Part shown: piece by piece, positions 29,547 through 37,385 of the stretch | Layout: each line of letters starts with the position of its first letter | Position numbering within the stretch: position 1 is the stretch's first letter | Virus record (IMG/VR): IMGVR_UViG_3300018080_000110 | Location: 64,001-128,000 of that record | Reading direction: 5' to 3' (one strand) | DNA length: 64,000 nucleotides | Source: a virus | The notes under the pieces: generated by a model | Told to the model about the DNA's origin: nothing | The model's database searches: none | The model's input: only the letters and a program-made list of their open reading frames with translations | Made by a program: the position numbers and the translations under genes

Positions 29547-29844
29547 CAACATAGAGGCCGAAGTAAAACTCGCTCAAAACGGGGAAACCTAAGTGCGAAT
29601 GCATAAGGCAATCCCGTGCTGCGTTGCCAAACGTAGTGTATCGACTTGTGGTCATGATCACATGACCCTCAATACGCTTCCCATGTCCATTGGGTTGGGT
29701 AGTCATTTCCCGCAAAGCGTGTTGATACGGCGAGCGAAGCCTGTAGTATTCGGAATGTCATTGTGCATGATTGCACAGCGAACCTGCCGAATAGTACAGG
29801 CTCGAAGGTATAGTCAGTGCCCTTGGAAACAAGGGAATAGCACG
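29547..29844 (+). ncRNA. Group I self-splicing intron (298 nt, no ORF) in polA
   Basis: Exon ends in U that pairs with G in P1 (UUCGGU/GCCGAA); intron ends in G. P-like AAAACGGGGAA, Q-like AATCCCGTGC, R TATCGACT, S AAGGTATAGTC, P3 CTCGCT/GGCGAG, P9 CCCTTG-GAAA-CAAGGG. Splicing restores AKAIGFG|INYG. Confidence 0.93.
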
Positions 29845-30465
29845 ATCAATTACGGAGAAGGAATTCCAGCCTTGGCCGAAAAGCTCGGTATCTCCAAGAG
29901 AGAAGCAGCAGCCAGAAAAGAGAAGTACTTTGAGCCGTACCCGCTGGTACGAGAGTTCATCGAGGAAACACACGAAAGGTGCCGTAGAGAATTAGAGGTC
30001 TCTACGATCTTGGGTCGTAAACGGAGACTCAAAGAAGCTGACGCTGACTGGAAGGAAGGATTCTATAGCAGGCGGTATAAGAGGTGGGTCCCAGAACGTC
30101 CAGGGAAGTTAGCTGCTAGAGCTCTTCGACAAGCAGTGAATGCGATCATTCAGGGTTCAGCAGCAGAGGTAGCACGCCTAGCGCAGATCTTGTGTGAGCC
30201 CAAGGTCATGCGCGAGATTGGTTTGCATGACGAGTTGTCCCAACGTATCGAACAAGTCGGTGCGCGGCAGCTTCTTCAGGTTCACGACGAAGTCTTGTTC
30301 GAGGTACCGACAGAGAACTTGAAAGAGGGCATAGAGGTTTTGTCTCGTTCAATGGAAGCGCCGTTCAGATACGTTCCAGAACTTTTGGGGATCGACTTCG
30401 ATGAACTATCGATCCCGCTTGATGTGGACGCTGGTTACGGCGAAGCTTGGTCGGAAGCACATTGA
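29845..30465 (+). CDS. polA: DNA polymerase family A, exon 2 (rest of motif B, motif C)
   Basis: INYGEG..ALA..LGIS, TILGRKR, RQAVNAIIQGSAA, LLQVHDEVLFE. Confidence 0.93.
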   Translation: MNYGEGIPALAEKLGISKREAAARKEKYFEPYPLVREFIEETHERCRRELEVSTILGRKRRLKEADADWKEGFYSRRYKRWVPERPGKLAARALRQAVNAIIQGSAAEVARLAQILCEPKVMREIGLHDELSQRIEQVGARQLLQVHDEVLFEVPTENLKEGIEVLSRSMEAPFRYVPELLGIDFDELSIPLDVDAGYGEAWSEAH

Positions 30466-30527
30466 TGAACAAACGCGACAAACCGATTGTGCTGCGCATC
30501 ATTCCATTTCTGTTGAGGAGGAAGAAA

Positions 30528-30689
30528 ATGGAGAAGTACGGAGTTGAAGTCGACAAAGAGAAAGTCGATGAACAGAAGAAGAAAGCTCCGGGCGAGAAAA
30601 CTGCGGGAACGGACGATCCCAACGTGAACGTTCCCAAGGACCCCGATAAGGGAACAGAGCCTTTCGAGAAAAAACCGAAAGAGGACTGA
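30528..30689 (+). CDS. Small charged protein (MEKYGV...EKTA...GTEPFE)
   Basis: GAGGAGG RBS before ATG 30528. Confidence 0.6.
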   Translation: MEKYGVEVDKEKVDEQKKKAPGEKTAGTDDPNVNVPKDPDKGTEPFEKKPKED

Positions 30690-30690
30690 C

Positions 30691-32058
30691 GTGCCCGCCA
30701 AAAAGAGTAAGAAGAAAACAGCGAAGAAGACAGGGAAGAAAACAGCGAAGAAGAAAGATAGCGAGAAGTGGGACAAGTTTCCGAAGCCCAACCCGAGAGA
30801 CGTGCTCAGATCGATCAACATGCGTTTTGGAGACACGGGCCCCGTCATCAGAGAAGCTAGCGAAGCATGGGACGCATCAGATCTACGTCGGCCTAGTGGG
30901 ATCCCGAGCCTAGATCTGGCGACAGGTGGAGGGCTCGTAGCGGGAAAGGTACATCAGTTTGATGGTCCAGAGTCGGTAGGTAAAAACTACATACTCTACC
31001 GCTACTTCGCTCAAGCGCAAAAGAACTACGGTGACGATGCTTGCTTGTCGATGGCGTGTTTCGAAGCCTTCGTGGACAAGCATTTTGCGCAAATGTGCGG
31101 GTGCAAGATCGCAATGAGCGAATACGACATCAGAGTCACGAACAGAGCAAGGGAAATCAGGGGAGAGCCCCCGCTGACACGAGCGGAGAAGAAAGAAGCT
31201 CTCTCTGTGCCGGGCGTCGGAACCTTCCACATCTTCGAAGGTCCCGCAGAAAACGTACTCGACGGAATCATCGAGGCCGTGTCATCCAACGTCTACCAGA
31301 TCATCGGCATCGACTCTTGGGATTCCATGCTCACGGCTGCAGAAGACAGAGCCACAATGGACGAGGTACCACAGGTAGCCTCACCAGCCACCATTCAAAC
31401 CAGGTGGGCCAAAAAGGTGTTGGACGCCTTCAACGTGGTCTACCGCTGCCCACAATGCGGCTACAGCCCATTGGAGAAGAAGGTCACCAACTATTCGCAG
31501 ATGAACTTCAATTGGATTTGTCCAAACTGCTCATGGAAGGGTCTGGACCCGGCGAACGAGATCAACGAGACCACGGTCTACTGCATCCGTCAAGTCCGCG
31601 CAAAGATCCAAATGAGTGGAGGGAAGATCTACGGGCGACCCTACAAGTCGGAAGGAGCCCACGCGCTACAGCACCTAAACCACATCCGTGTGAGTATGCA
31701 CCCCGGGTCTTCTATCAAAGAAGGCAACGTAAAGATCGGCAAAGAGGTCAACTGGGAAGTGTCCAAGGCCAAGGCCGGAGCACGGGAAGGGTCAACTGGG
31801 TCTTTCACGCTGTACTTCGATCCGGTTGAAGTGGACGTGGCTAGGGACATGTTCTCCCAATGTGTCAAGCGCGGAGTTATCTGTTCCCTGCCTCAAGGGT
31901 GGTACGAGATCCCGGACATCGAAATGGACGGGGAGGCACTGCGCGTCCACGGCAAGGAAAAGCTCATCAGAACTATCGAAGACAGTGAGGACTTGGTAGA
32001 TGAGCTACGAGAGATTCTCTACATCAAGGCAGGCCTCTCGCACGTGAGGTTCCAATGA
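30691..32058 (+). CDS. recA: RecA/UvsX-like recombinase with Lys-rich N-tail and Zn-ribbon insertion
   Basis: PSGIPSLDLATGGGLVAGKVHQFDGPESVGK, IGIDSWDSM, IRQVRAKI, GAHALQH, IGKEV...KAK. Confidence 0.88.
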   Translation: MPAKKSKKKTAKKTGKKTAKKKDSEKWDKFPKPNPRDVLRSINMRFGDTGPVIREASEAWDASDLRRPSGIPSLDLATGGGLVAGKVHQFDGPESVGKNYILYRYFAQAQKNYGDDACLSMACFEAFVDKHFAQMCGCKIAMSEYDIRVTNRAREIRGEPPLTRAEKKEALSVPGVGTFHIFEGPAENVLDGIIEAVSSNVYQIIGIDSWDSMLTAAEDRATMDEVPQVASPATIQTRWAKKVLDAFNVVYRCPQCGYSPLEKKVTNYSQMNFNWICPNCSWKGLDPANEINETTVYCIRQVRAKIQMSGGKIYGRPYKSEGAHALQHLNHIRVSMHPGSSIKEGNVKIGKEVNWEVSKAKAGAREGSTGSFTLYFDPVEVDVARDMFSQCVKRGVICSLPQGWYEIPDIEMDGEALRVHGKEKLIRTIEDSEDLVDELREILYIKAGLSHVRFQ

Positions 32059-32633
32059 AGCTGCAAATGAGAGTGGCCCCGCTAGGGTATGGAAAGAGGT
32101 GTCATGCCTGTAAAACTGTAGGGCAGATATCATCCTTCCAGCTTTGGCGGGGTAACTCTCTCGAAAAGAACATCCAGCTCTGTAACGACTGCCTCAATCA
32201 GGAAGTAACGGCTGATGTCACGTTGGGCCCAACAGAAAAAGCCCCAGATCCATTCAAGAGCAAACAAGCCCGTAAGCAGGTGAAGCAGTCCAGAAAGATG
32301 GAAGCTGCACTAGCAGAGAAAATGGGAGGGCGTGCTCAACCTGGATCTGGGTGCTCGCGCTTATCTGGGTTCAAGGGAGACATCAGGAAGATCGGCAGCT
32401 GGCGAGTGGAGCACAAGTACACCGACGCCGCAAACGTCTGGTCATTGCGTCTATCGGACCTCGCCAAGATCACTGGATTAGCCATGGACGCCGACGAGTA
32501 CCCAGCGCTAGTAATCGAGTATCGCAAAGCACGAGAGTCTTTCGCGATCATCCCGCTAACCCTTTTCCTGGAGATGGTCCATGAAGCTGAGGAACATTCA
32601 GCACCTCCACGAGGCAGACGAAAAAGACGTTAA
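32055..32633 (+). CDS. Holliday-junction-resolvase-like PD-(D/E)xK nuclease with N-terminal Zn finger
   Basis: E..LA..MGGRAQPGSG...KGDI...VEHK; CHAC...CNDC. Confidence 0.7.
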   Translation: MKLQMRVAPLGYGKRCHACKTVGQISSFQLWRGNSLEKNIQLCNDCLNQEVTADVTLGPTEKAPDPFKSKQARKQVKQSRKMEAALAEKMGGRAQPGSGCSRLSGFKGDIRKIGSWRVEHKYTDAANVWSLRLSDLAKITGLAMDADEYPALVIEYRKARESFAIIPLTLFLEMVHEAEEHSAPPRGRRKRR

Positions 32634-33423
32634 AGAGGCTCTAGGCCATATCCAGTTCATCCCCAAAATCGAATCATACCTCGAAGACTTGAATCTCGAG
32701 CAGCACCCAAAAAGGCTGGGAGTCTTCAGTGCCTCTGACTTGGGCAACAAGACCGGACGCTCGCTTTGTGGAAAGTACCCTATCGGGTGTGCGAGGTTGC
32801 TTTACTACCGTTACGTCGGAGTGGAACCACGAGACTCCATCCCTCCACGACTACGCAGAATCTTCGACACTGGGCACAAGATCCACGATCAGCTCCAAGG
32901 TTACTTGCACAAGGTGGCTTCCGAATCTAAGCAAGAGTCCTTCGCGGACGAGGTCAAGTTCGACGAGACTAAGTCTCAGCTGGCTGACGAGTATGACATA
33001 GTGTCTACCGCTGATGGAGTTTGGGAGATAGAAGCTCCAGACATAGACCTCTGTTACGGTTTAGAGATCAAGTCGATGAACGGAGACTTGTTCAAGAAAC
33101 TTAACGGCCCGGAGCGGTACCACGTTGTGCAAAGCCATGTATATATGGCGTGCCTCGATCTCCCATTCATGGTGATCCTTTACTACAACAAGAACGACTC
33201 CTCCATGGCTGAGTTTGTAGTCAGGTTCGAATACGACATCTGGCACGCCATCACGGAGAAGATCAACTACGTGCGAAAGTGCGCTGTGGAAGAAGAGGAA
33301 CCGGAGCAAGAGATCGGATTTCATTGCCGCACTTGCAGGTACTCGTACATCTGCAAACCACCTAAACCCCAAAAGAGGAACATTCGTATGGGGCGAAGGA
33401 GGTTCAGCTTGAGGGGAGAGTGA
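32581..33423 (+). CDS. Cas4/AddB-like PD-(D/E)xK exonuclease
   Basis: SASDLG...CAR.LYY, GHKIH, TADG, LEIKS, Q...YM, C-terminal CRTCRYSYIC Fe-S ligands. Confidence 0.8.
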   Translation: MKLRNIQHLHEADEKDVKEALGHIQFIPKIESYLEDLNLEQHPKRLGVFSASDLGNKTGRSLCGKYPIGCARLLYYRYVGVEPRDSIPPRLRRIFDTGHKIHDQLQGYLHKVASESKQESFADEVKFDETKSQLADEYDIVSTADGVWEIEAPDIDLCYGLEIKSMNGDLFKKLNGPERYHVVQSHVYMACLDLPFMVILYYNKNDSSMAEFVVRFEYDIWHAITEKINYVRKCAVEEEEPEQEIGFHCRTCRYSYICKPPKPQKRNIRMGRRRFSLRGE

Positions 33424-33424
33424 G

Positions 33425-34120
33425 ATGCCTAAGGGCGCGACCAAACTCGTTGAGTCTCTCCAAATCGATTCCAGAGAAGGAGAAGAGGCCTACGACGTAG
33501 CTAGATCTGCACACGATGAGATGATATCCCGCGGTATCCATCTTCCAGAGCGACCCGACTTTCCGTCGAAGCACAAGTTCATTGGAGAAGATGGATCTCC
33601 GGAGATACCGTTCGACATCCAAGACCTGAACGAGAAAGAGCTAGGTCAGCTTTATCACATCGTCAACTCTTGGTACTCCTACGTGGTGGGCCAATGGGCT
33701 CTCGTAGAGAACCAGTACATTGTGGCTAAAGAACAATTCAAGCTAGTGGCGGCCAAAGTAAGGTTGGGCAAGCAAGGAAAAGTCCAAGACAAGACAGATC
33801 GACAAATTGCAGATCGACGTTTCGTCCTGGCCAATGCCAGAGCGATGGAGCTCAAGTGCTTGTTCAATCTACTCTCGAAAGTCAAGGACAAGTACGAGTC
33901 CGACATCAAGATGATTTCTCGTGGAATCACCTTGAGGGAGCAAAAGATCAAGACTGGAGCTAGAGCAGGAGCACTAGCGGCAAGAAAGATCAAGATCAGA
34001 AACGCCGAGGATCCACCGCACTACACAGAGATTGACGAGGAGCACGAAGATCAGCCGATACCCAGGGTTAGAAAGAAGCGCCCCCCTAGAAGACGCCCCC
34101 CGTCGAAAAAGTGGAAGTGA
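33425..34120 (+). CDS. Hypothetical helical protein (possible recombination mediator)
   Basis: Coiled-coil character and position among recombination genes; function is inference only. Confidence 0.65.
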   Translation: MPKGATKLVESLQIDSREGEEAYDVARSAHDEMISRGIHLPERPDFPSKHKFIGEDGSPEIPFDIQDLNEKELGQLYHIVNSWYSYVVGQWALVENQYIVAKEQFKLVAAKVRLGKQGKVQDKTDRQIADRRFVLANARAMELKCLFNLLSKVKDKYESDIKMISRGITLREQKIKTGARAGALAARKIKIRNAEDPPHYTEIDEEHEDQPIPRVRKKRPPRRRPPSKKWK

Positions 34121-34587
34121 CGATGGAGGAGTTCTACAAGCTGCAAGCCACTCTGGAAATGCCGCCCACCAGCAACAATATCTACATCTCCGTCGGCAAG
34201 AGGAGGCAGAAATCGAGCTTGGCCAGGGCTTGGCAGAATAGAGCGGTGAAAGAGATTACAAGACAATCAAACCTGACGATCCAGAGTGAGTTCGACCCCG
34301 AGCGCATGTATTGGTTGGACTTGACTTTCTACTTCGATGTCGTGGTTAACAAAGGGTGGCACGAGTTCTACAAAAGAGGGGCCAAGAAGGGGCAGAGGAA
34401 AGCTGACAGTAAATGGAAGAAGATCGATCTAGGGAACAGATTGAAGCTTCTCGAAGACACTGTGAAGATAGCTGCAGGTGTGGACGATAGCTCGACTTTT
34501 GTTCTGCACCTCATCAAGACTTGCGATCCGAAAAATCCTCGTGTAGAAGTATGCCTGTACTCTCTGCCGTCGGAAGATGAGCCATGA
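34111..34587 (+). CDS. rusA: RusA-like Holliday junction resolvase
   Basis: PPTSNNIY, DLGNRLKLLED...GVDDS, NPRVEV. Confidence 0.8.
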   Translation: MEVTMEEFYKLQATLEMPPTSNNIYISVGKRRQKSSLARAWQNRAVKEITRQSNLTIQSEFDPERMYWLDLTFYFDVVVNKGWHEFYKRGAKKGQRKADSKWKKIDLGNRLKLLEDTVKIAAGVDDSSTFVLHLIKTCDPKNPRVEVCLYSLPSEDEP

Positions 34588-35072
34588 GCTACAAGCAGGA
34601 AATCGTCGAAGTACAACCAGACGAGGAGGCTCCGGACCCAGATCACAACGAAGGATTCTATTGCCACCTGGAACTGATCAAGAAGAAAGGTCGCCGTAAA
34701 AAGGCAGACCCGTACCAGTACAAGAAGACATACATCCCATGGACAGACATCAACAGCACTGAGTTGGTTCATCTCTCAACGTACGGGCTGGCCCCCGGAA
34801 GCAGAGAAGAGATGAGCAGATGGAACGTTGTCTGCCGTGGTTTGCGTAGGCAGGAGCTGATTGGCATCATCCGAGGTGAGGTGGATGCAAAAGAGATGAG
34901 AGCCAATCCGGCACATGTGGCCCGGGACCGACTGTCTCACTTGATCTACAACTACTGGAAGTACATACATACGCAGATCAAATGCAACACGCTTTGCTGG
35001 GAGTGCCCGGACGCTAAAGCTTTCGAGTGCATGTTAGAGAACAAAGATATCCTACGTGCGGAGGACGCTTGA
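34584..35072 (+). CDS. Hypothetical protein with C-terminal Cys cluster
   Basis: ATGA coupling; CNTLCWECPD...EC. Confidence 0.7.
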   Translation: MSYKQEIVEVQPDEEAPDPDHNEGFYCHLELIKKKGRRKKADPYQYKKTYIPWTDINSTELVHLSTYGLAPGSREEMSRWNVVCRGLRRQELIGIIRGEVDAKEMRANPAHVARDRLSHLIYNYWKYIHTQIKCNTLCWECPDAKAFECMLENKDILRAEDA

Positions 35073-35299
35073 TGCCCCCAGCCAAAAAGATTTGCATGTC
35101 TTGCGTGAGGCTAGGAAACTGTGCAGACGCTACTGTAGAAATGCTAAAGAACGATCGAGGCTGTGGATCTTGGTTCGCAGCTCATCCCAACGAAGTAGTT
35201 GCCCGACGTAAAGCGCTCTCGGTCGCGGGGACGCGAGCGCTCGAAGCCATGATTTCCAAATCCCCGCCCAAGAAAACCGCCACGGACTACAGGAGGTAA
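35072..35299 (+). CDS. Small Cys-containing hypothetical protein (MPPAKKICMSCVRLGNC...)
   Basis: GGAGG RBS; TGATG overlap with the upstream stop. Confidence 0.65.
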   Translation: MPPAKKICMSCVRLGNCADATVEMLKNDRGCGSWFAAHPNEVVARRKALSVAGTRALEAMISKSPPKKTATDYRR

Positions 35300-35302
35300 C
35301 CA

Positions 35303-35929
35303 ATGGCCAGTGAAGAAACTTTCACAAGAGAAGAGATGCTCGACATGCCGCGTTTGCAGGTTCGTCGAAGATGTCGAGCACGCGGACTGAGTGCGGAAGA
35401 CTGTGCCCAGATGAAGTTCGAAGACATGGTTGACTGGCTCATAGAAGACGAGGGCGGCGGCAGTAACTCGAAAGCGAAGAAGGCGACGAAGAGGTCTTCC
35501 AAGAAAGCAACCAAGAAGACCGCCGCAAAGGAAACGAAGAAAGCTCCGGCAAGGACCACTCGTAAGAAGCGGGCGGCGAGATCTGAGCCGGAGGAAAGAG
35601 AGAAGCCGACCGGAGAAGTCGTCGGCGACGACCTCGTCAACGTCTTGCTCGAGAAGTTCGCTGATATGGACGAGAGGTTCCACGCTCTAGAGGAAAGGGT
35701 GGACTCCATCGGCGAATTCATGGACAAGAACACGTCCAGCATCGTCGAGATCTTGAACGAAGTCCGCGCCGACACCTACGGTATCGCTCGCAGACAGCAA
35801 CACCTCGGTAACTGGATGTTCGCTGAGGGAATCCTCCCCGAAGAAAGCGCCCCGGACGAGATGGATTTCGAGGCTCTGGAAGAGGCCATCGAGGAGGAAT
35901 GCGGGGGAAACGAGGACGGCGACGAGTAA
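35303..35929 (+). CDS. Putative nucleic-acid-binding protein (HeH/Rho-N-like head, H1-like K/A linker, coiled coil)
   Basis: AGGAGG RBS; KAKKATKRSSKKATKKTAAKETKKAP linker; acidic C-terminus. Confidence 0.75.
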   Translation: MASEETFTREEMLDMPRLQVRRRCRARGLSAEDCAQMKFEDMVDWLIEDEGGGSNSKAKKATKRSSKKATKKTAAKETKKAPARTTRKKRAARSEPEEREKPTGEVVGDDLVNVLLEKFADMDERFHALEERVDSIGEFMDKNTSSIVEILNEVRADTYGIARRQQHLGNWMFAEGILPEESAPDEMDFEALEEAIEEECGGNEDGDE

Positions 35930-35940
35930 CAGCTCGTCGC
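35891..35940 (+). other. Predicted -1 programmed ribosomal frameshift signal
   Basis: GAGGAGG (35891-35897), slippery G_GGA_AAC (35905-35911) in the frame of the 35303 gene, 7-nt spacer, perfect 8-bp stem GCGACGAG/CTCGTCGC (35919-35940). Confidence 0.7.
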
Positions 35941-36117
35941 GGAACCATACCACCTGATGGAGAACAGAAGCTCACCGTGACTGAAGAGGAGTTCTTCGAG
36001 ATGTCTGTAGAAGAACTCCTCGAGCTTGCCGACCGCATAGGGGTCAGCCTGCAGGGAGCCCTATCGATCGAGCAAGCTCGCACCCGCCTATTGAACGACG
36101 CAACCTTCCTTCCATAA
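35899..36117 (+). CDS. -1 frame extension of the 35303 gene (HeH/Rho-N-like domain), or a small separate ORF
   Basis: EEFFEMSVEELLELADRIGVSL...IEQARTRLL; the only nearby SD sits 1 nt from the ATG, too close for normal initiation. Confidence 0.6.
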   Translation: MRGKRGRRRVTARRGTIPPDGEQKLTVTEEEFFEMSVEELLELADRIGVSLQGALSIEQARTRLLNDATFLP

Positions 36118-36119
36118 GC

Positions 36120-36137
36120 GCCGCCCTTCGGGGCGGC
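36120..36137 (+). terminator. GC-rich UUCG hairpin closing the replication operon
   Basis: GCCGCCC-TTCG-GGGCGGC directly after the stop, followed by a pyrimidine-rich run that is not a pure U tract. Confidence 0.6.
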
Positions 36138-36162
36138 CTCTCCCAATCTTCTCTCTTAGCTG

Positions 36163-36204
36163 CAAAAAAGATCAAGATCGTGGGATAAGACTTATGGACA
36201 GGAA
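36163..36204 (+). promoter_or_regulatory. Putative phage-type promoter AAAAAA-N14-GATAAG
   Basis: Same motif as 8855, 19169 and 51995, but here no convincing ORF follows. Confidence 0.45.
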
Positions 36205-36760
36205 AAGGATAATCCTTTTCTTGTTGCGGCAAGCAGCTGCCTGTGCGGGTAGGAAGCTGCCTAGTACCGATTGATTGACAAGGCGCCGTGCGCACACACG
36301 GTAAAAAGCCCTGTCAATCAATCGGGAGCCGATGCAGGGATTGCCTCCTCCTCAGACGAAGGTCACCTAACGGTGGCAACGGAGGCAGCTCCTCACGCTA
36401 TAGTGAGGTTGTCCGAGAGTTCCGGCGCGGACGTAAAAAACAGTCGGATGCATCGTCGCTGATTCCGCCCTCTAGGCGACGACTAGAGTAGAGAGGGTTT
36501 GCTGGCCTGGTCGACCGGCCAAAAGGTCGAACGTAGTTGACCCACGCTGCGACAAATACCTGGTACAGGGAAACCAGGAGAAGGTGGGCAGATCCCTAAC
36601 CGGCGCAAGACGGGGATTGGAAGTGTCGCTCGCTGTCTTTCGGAGACGGAAGAAAAAGAGCTCTTGCAGAAGAGATCCGGATCTCTTCTTAGCTGTCACA
36701 CGACTTGTGCGAGCAGTCCTTGTGCCGCAACGAGTGCGTCCATTTCCTGACTCGTGGGGA
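36198..36760 (+). ncRNA. Candidate large structured non-coding RNA (~510-560 nt)
   Basis: Longest gene-free interval in the window. Closing helix 36223-36231/36723-36731, 14-bp perfect stem 36267-36280/36312-36325, 22-nt palindrome 36668-36689 and many nested stems. Confidence 0.55.
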
Positions 36761-36836
36761 GAAGATGCCTACTAGGAGGAGGATCGAATAGAGGAGCAGA
36801 AACTCTAGACCGCCGCAAACGCAACAGCAGAGTCGA

Positions 36837-37385
36837 TCACTTGACGGCATACCCTACAGCTACCACAGTCGCAGCCGTTGTGACAATCCCTACAACGAGA
36901 CCGAATGTCCACGAGCGGTACCACTTCTTGGCCTTGTCTCGCTCCTTGCGAGCTCGGTCTCTCTGCTGCTCGAGGACTTTCACTCGACTCTTCTCGAGAT
37001 CGAGCTGTGCTTTCAGGCGATCGGCCATGTACTTCTTCTCAATCTCTACTCGTTCAGTCGCCTTATGGCGCTCGAGCCAGCGAAGGCGACGGAGGCCTTG
37101 GATCTTGAGCCCCAACTGCAGCACCTTGTTCTGGTCCAGGAGGACCGCGCTGTAGTCCAACCGGAAGGGCTTCTTCGCCCCCTTCTCGGTCACCAGGCTC
37201 CCAGCCTCGATCCCCAGGGACGGCCGGAACTTGAGGTCTGGAACCAGGATGCTCTCATCCGGCCCTGGACAACGCCAATTAGGGGCCTTCTTCGGGTTCG
37301 AGTAGTCCTGCTCCATACAAGGCTCTGACTGCGCCCAGGACGGGCCGCAGATTAGGAGGGTGAACAGCGCGACCATAGTCCTCAT
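36837..37385 (-). CDS. Secreted/membrane protein, spanin-like topology
   Basis: N-terminal signal peptide, coiled coil, C-terminal TM (WTFGLVVGIVTTAATVVAVGYAV). Confidence 0.6.
   Translation of the reverse strand: MRTMVALFTLLICGPSWAQSEPCMEQDYSNPKKAPNWRCPGPDESILVPDLKFRPSLGIEAGSLVTEKGAKKPFRLDYSAVLLDQNKVLQLGLKIQGLRRLRWLERHKATERVEIEKKYMADRLKAQLDLEKSRVKVLEQQRDRARKERDKAKKWYRSWTFGLVVGIVTTAATVVAVGYAVK

Noticed and set aside
29506-29844. polA as a frameshifted pseudogene or two separate genes (ORFs ending 29606 and starting 29593)
   Set aside because: The intervening sequence has group I intron structure and precise removal restores motif B; the extra ORF ends are translated intron.
32581-33423. Cas4-like gene as evidence of a CRISPR-Cas system
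   Set aside because: No repeat-spacer array or other cas genes seen; stand-alone Cas4-like nucleases are common in phage recombination modules.
36198-36836. tRNA, tmRNA, RNase P, group II intron or CRISPR array in the intergenic region; also the short ORFs there
   Set aside because: No T-loop/CCA cloverleaf, RNase P GAGGAAAGUCC, domain V or direct repeats found by eye; the short ORFs lack RBSs and protein-like composition.
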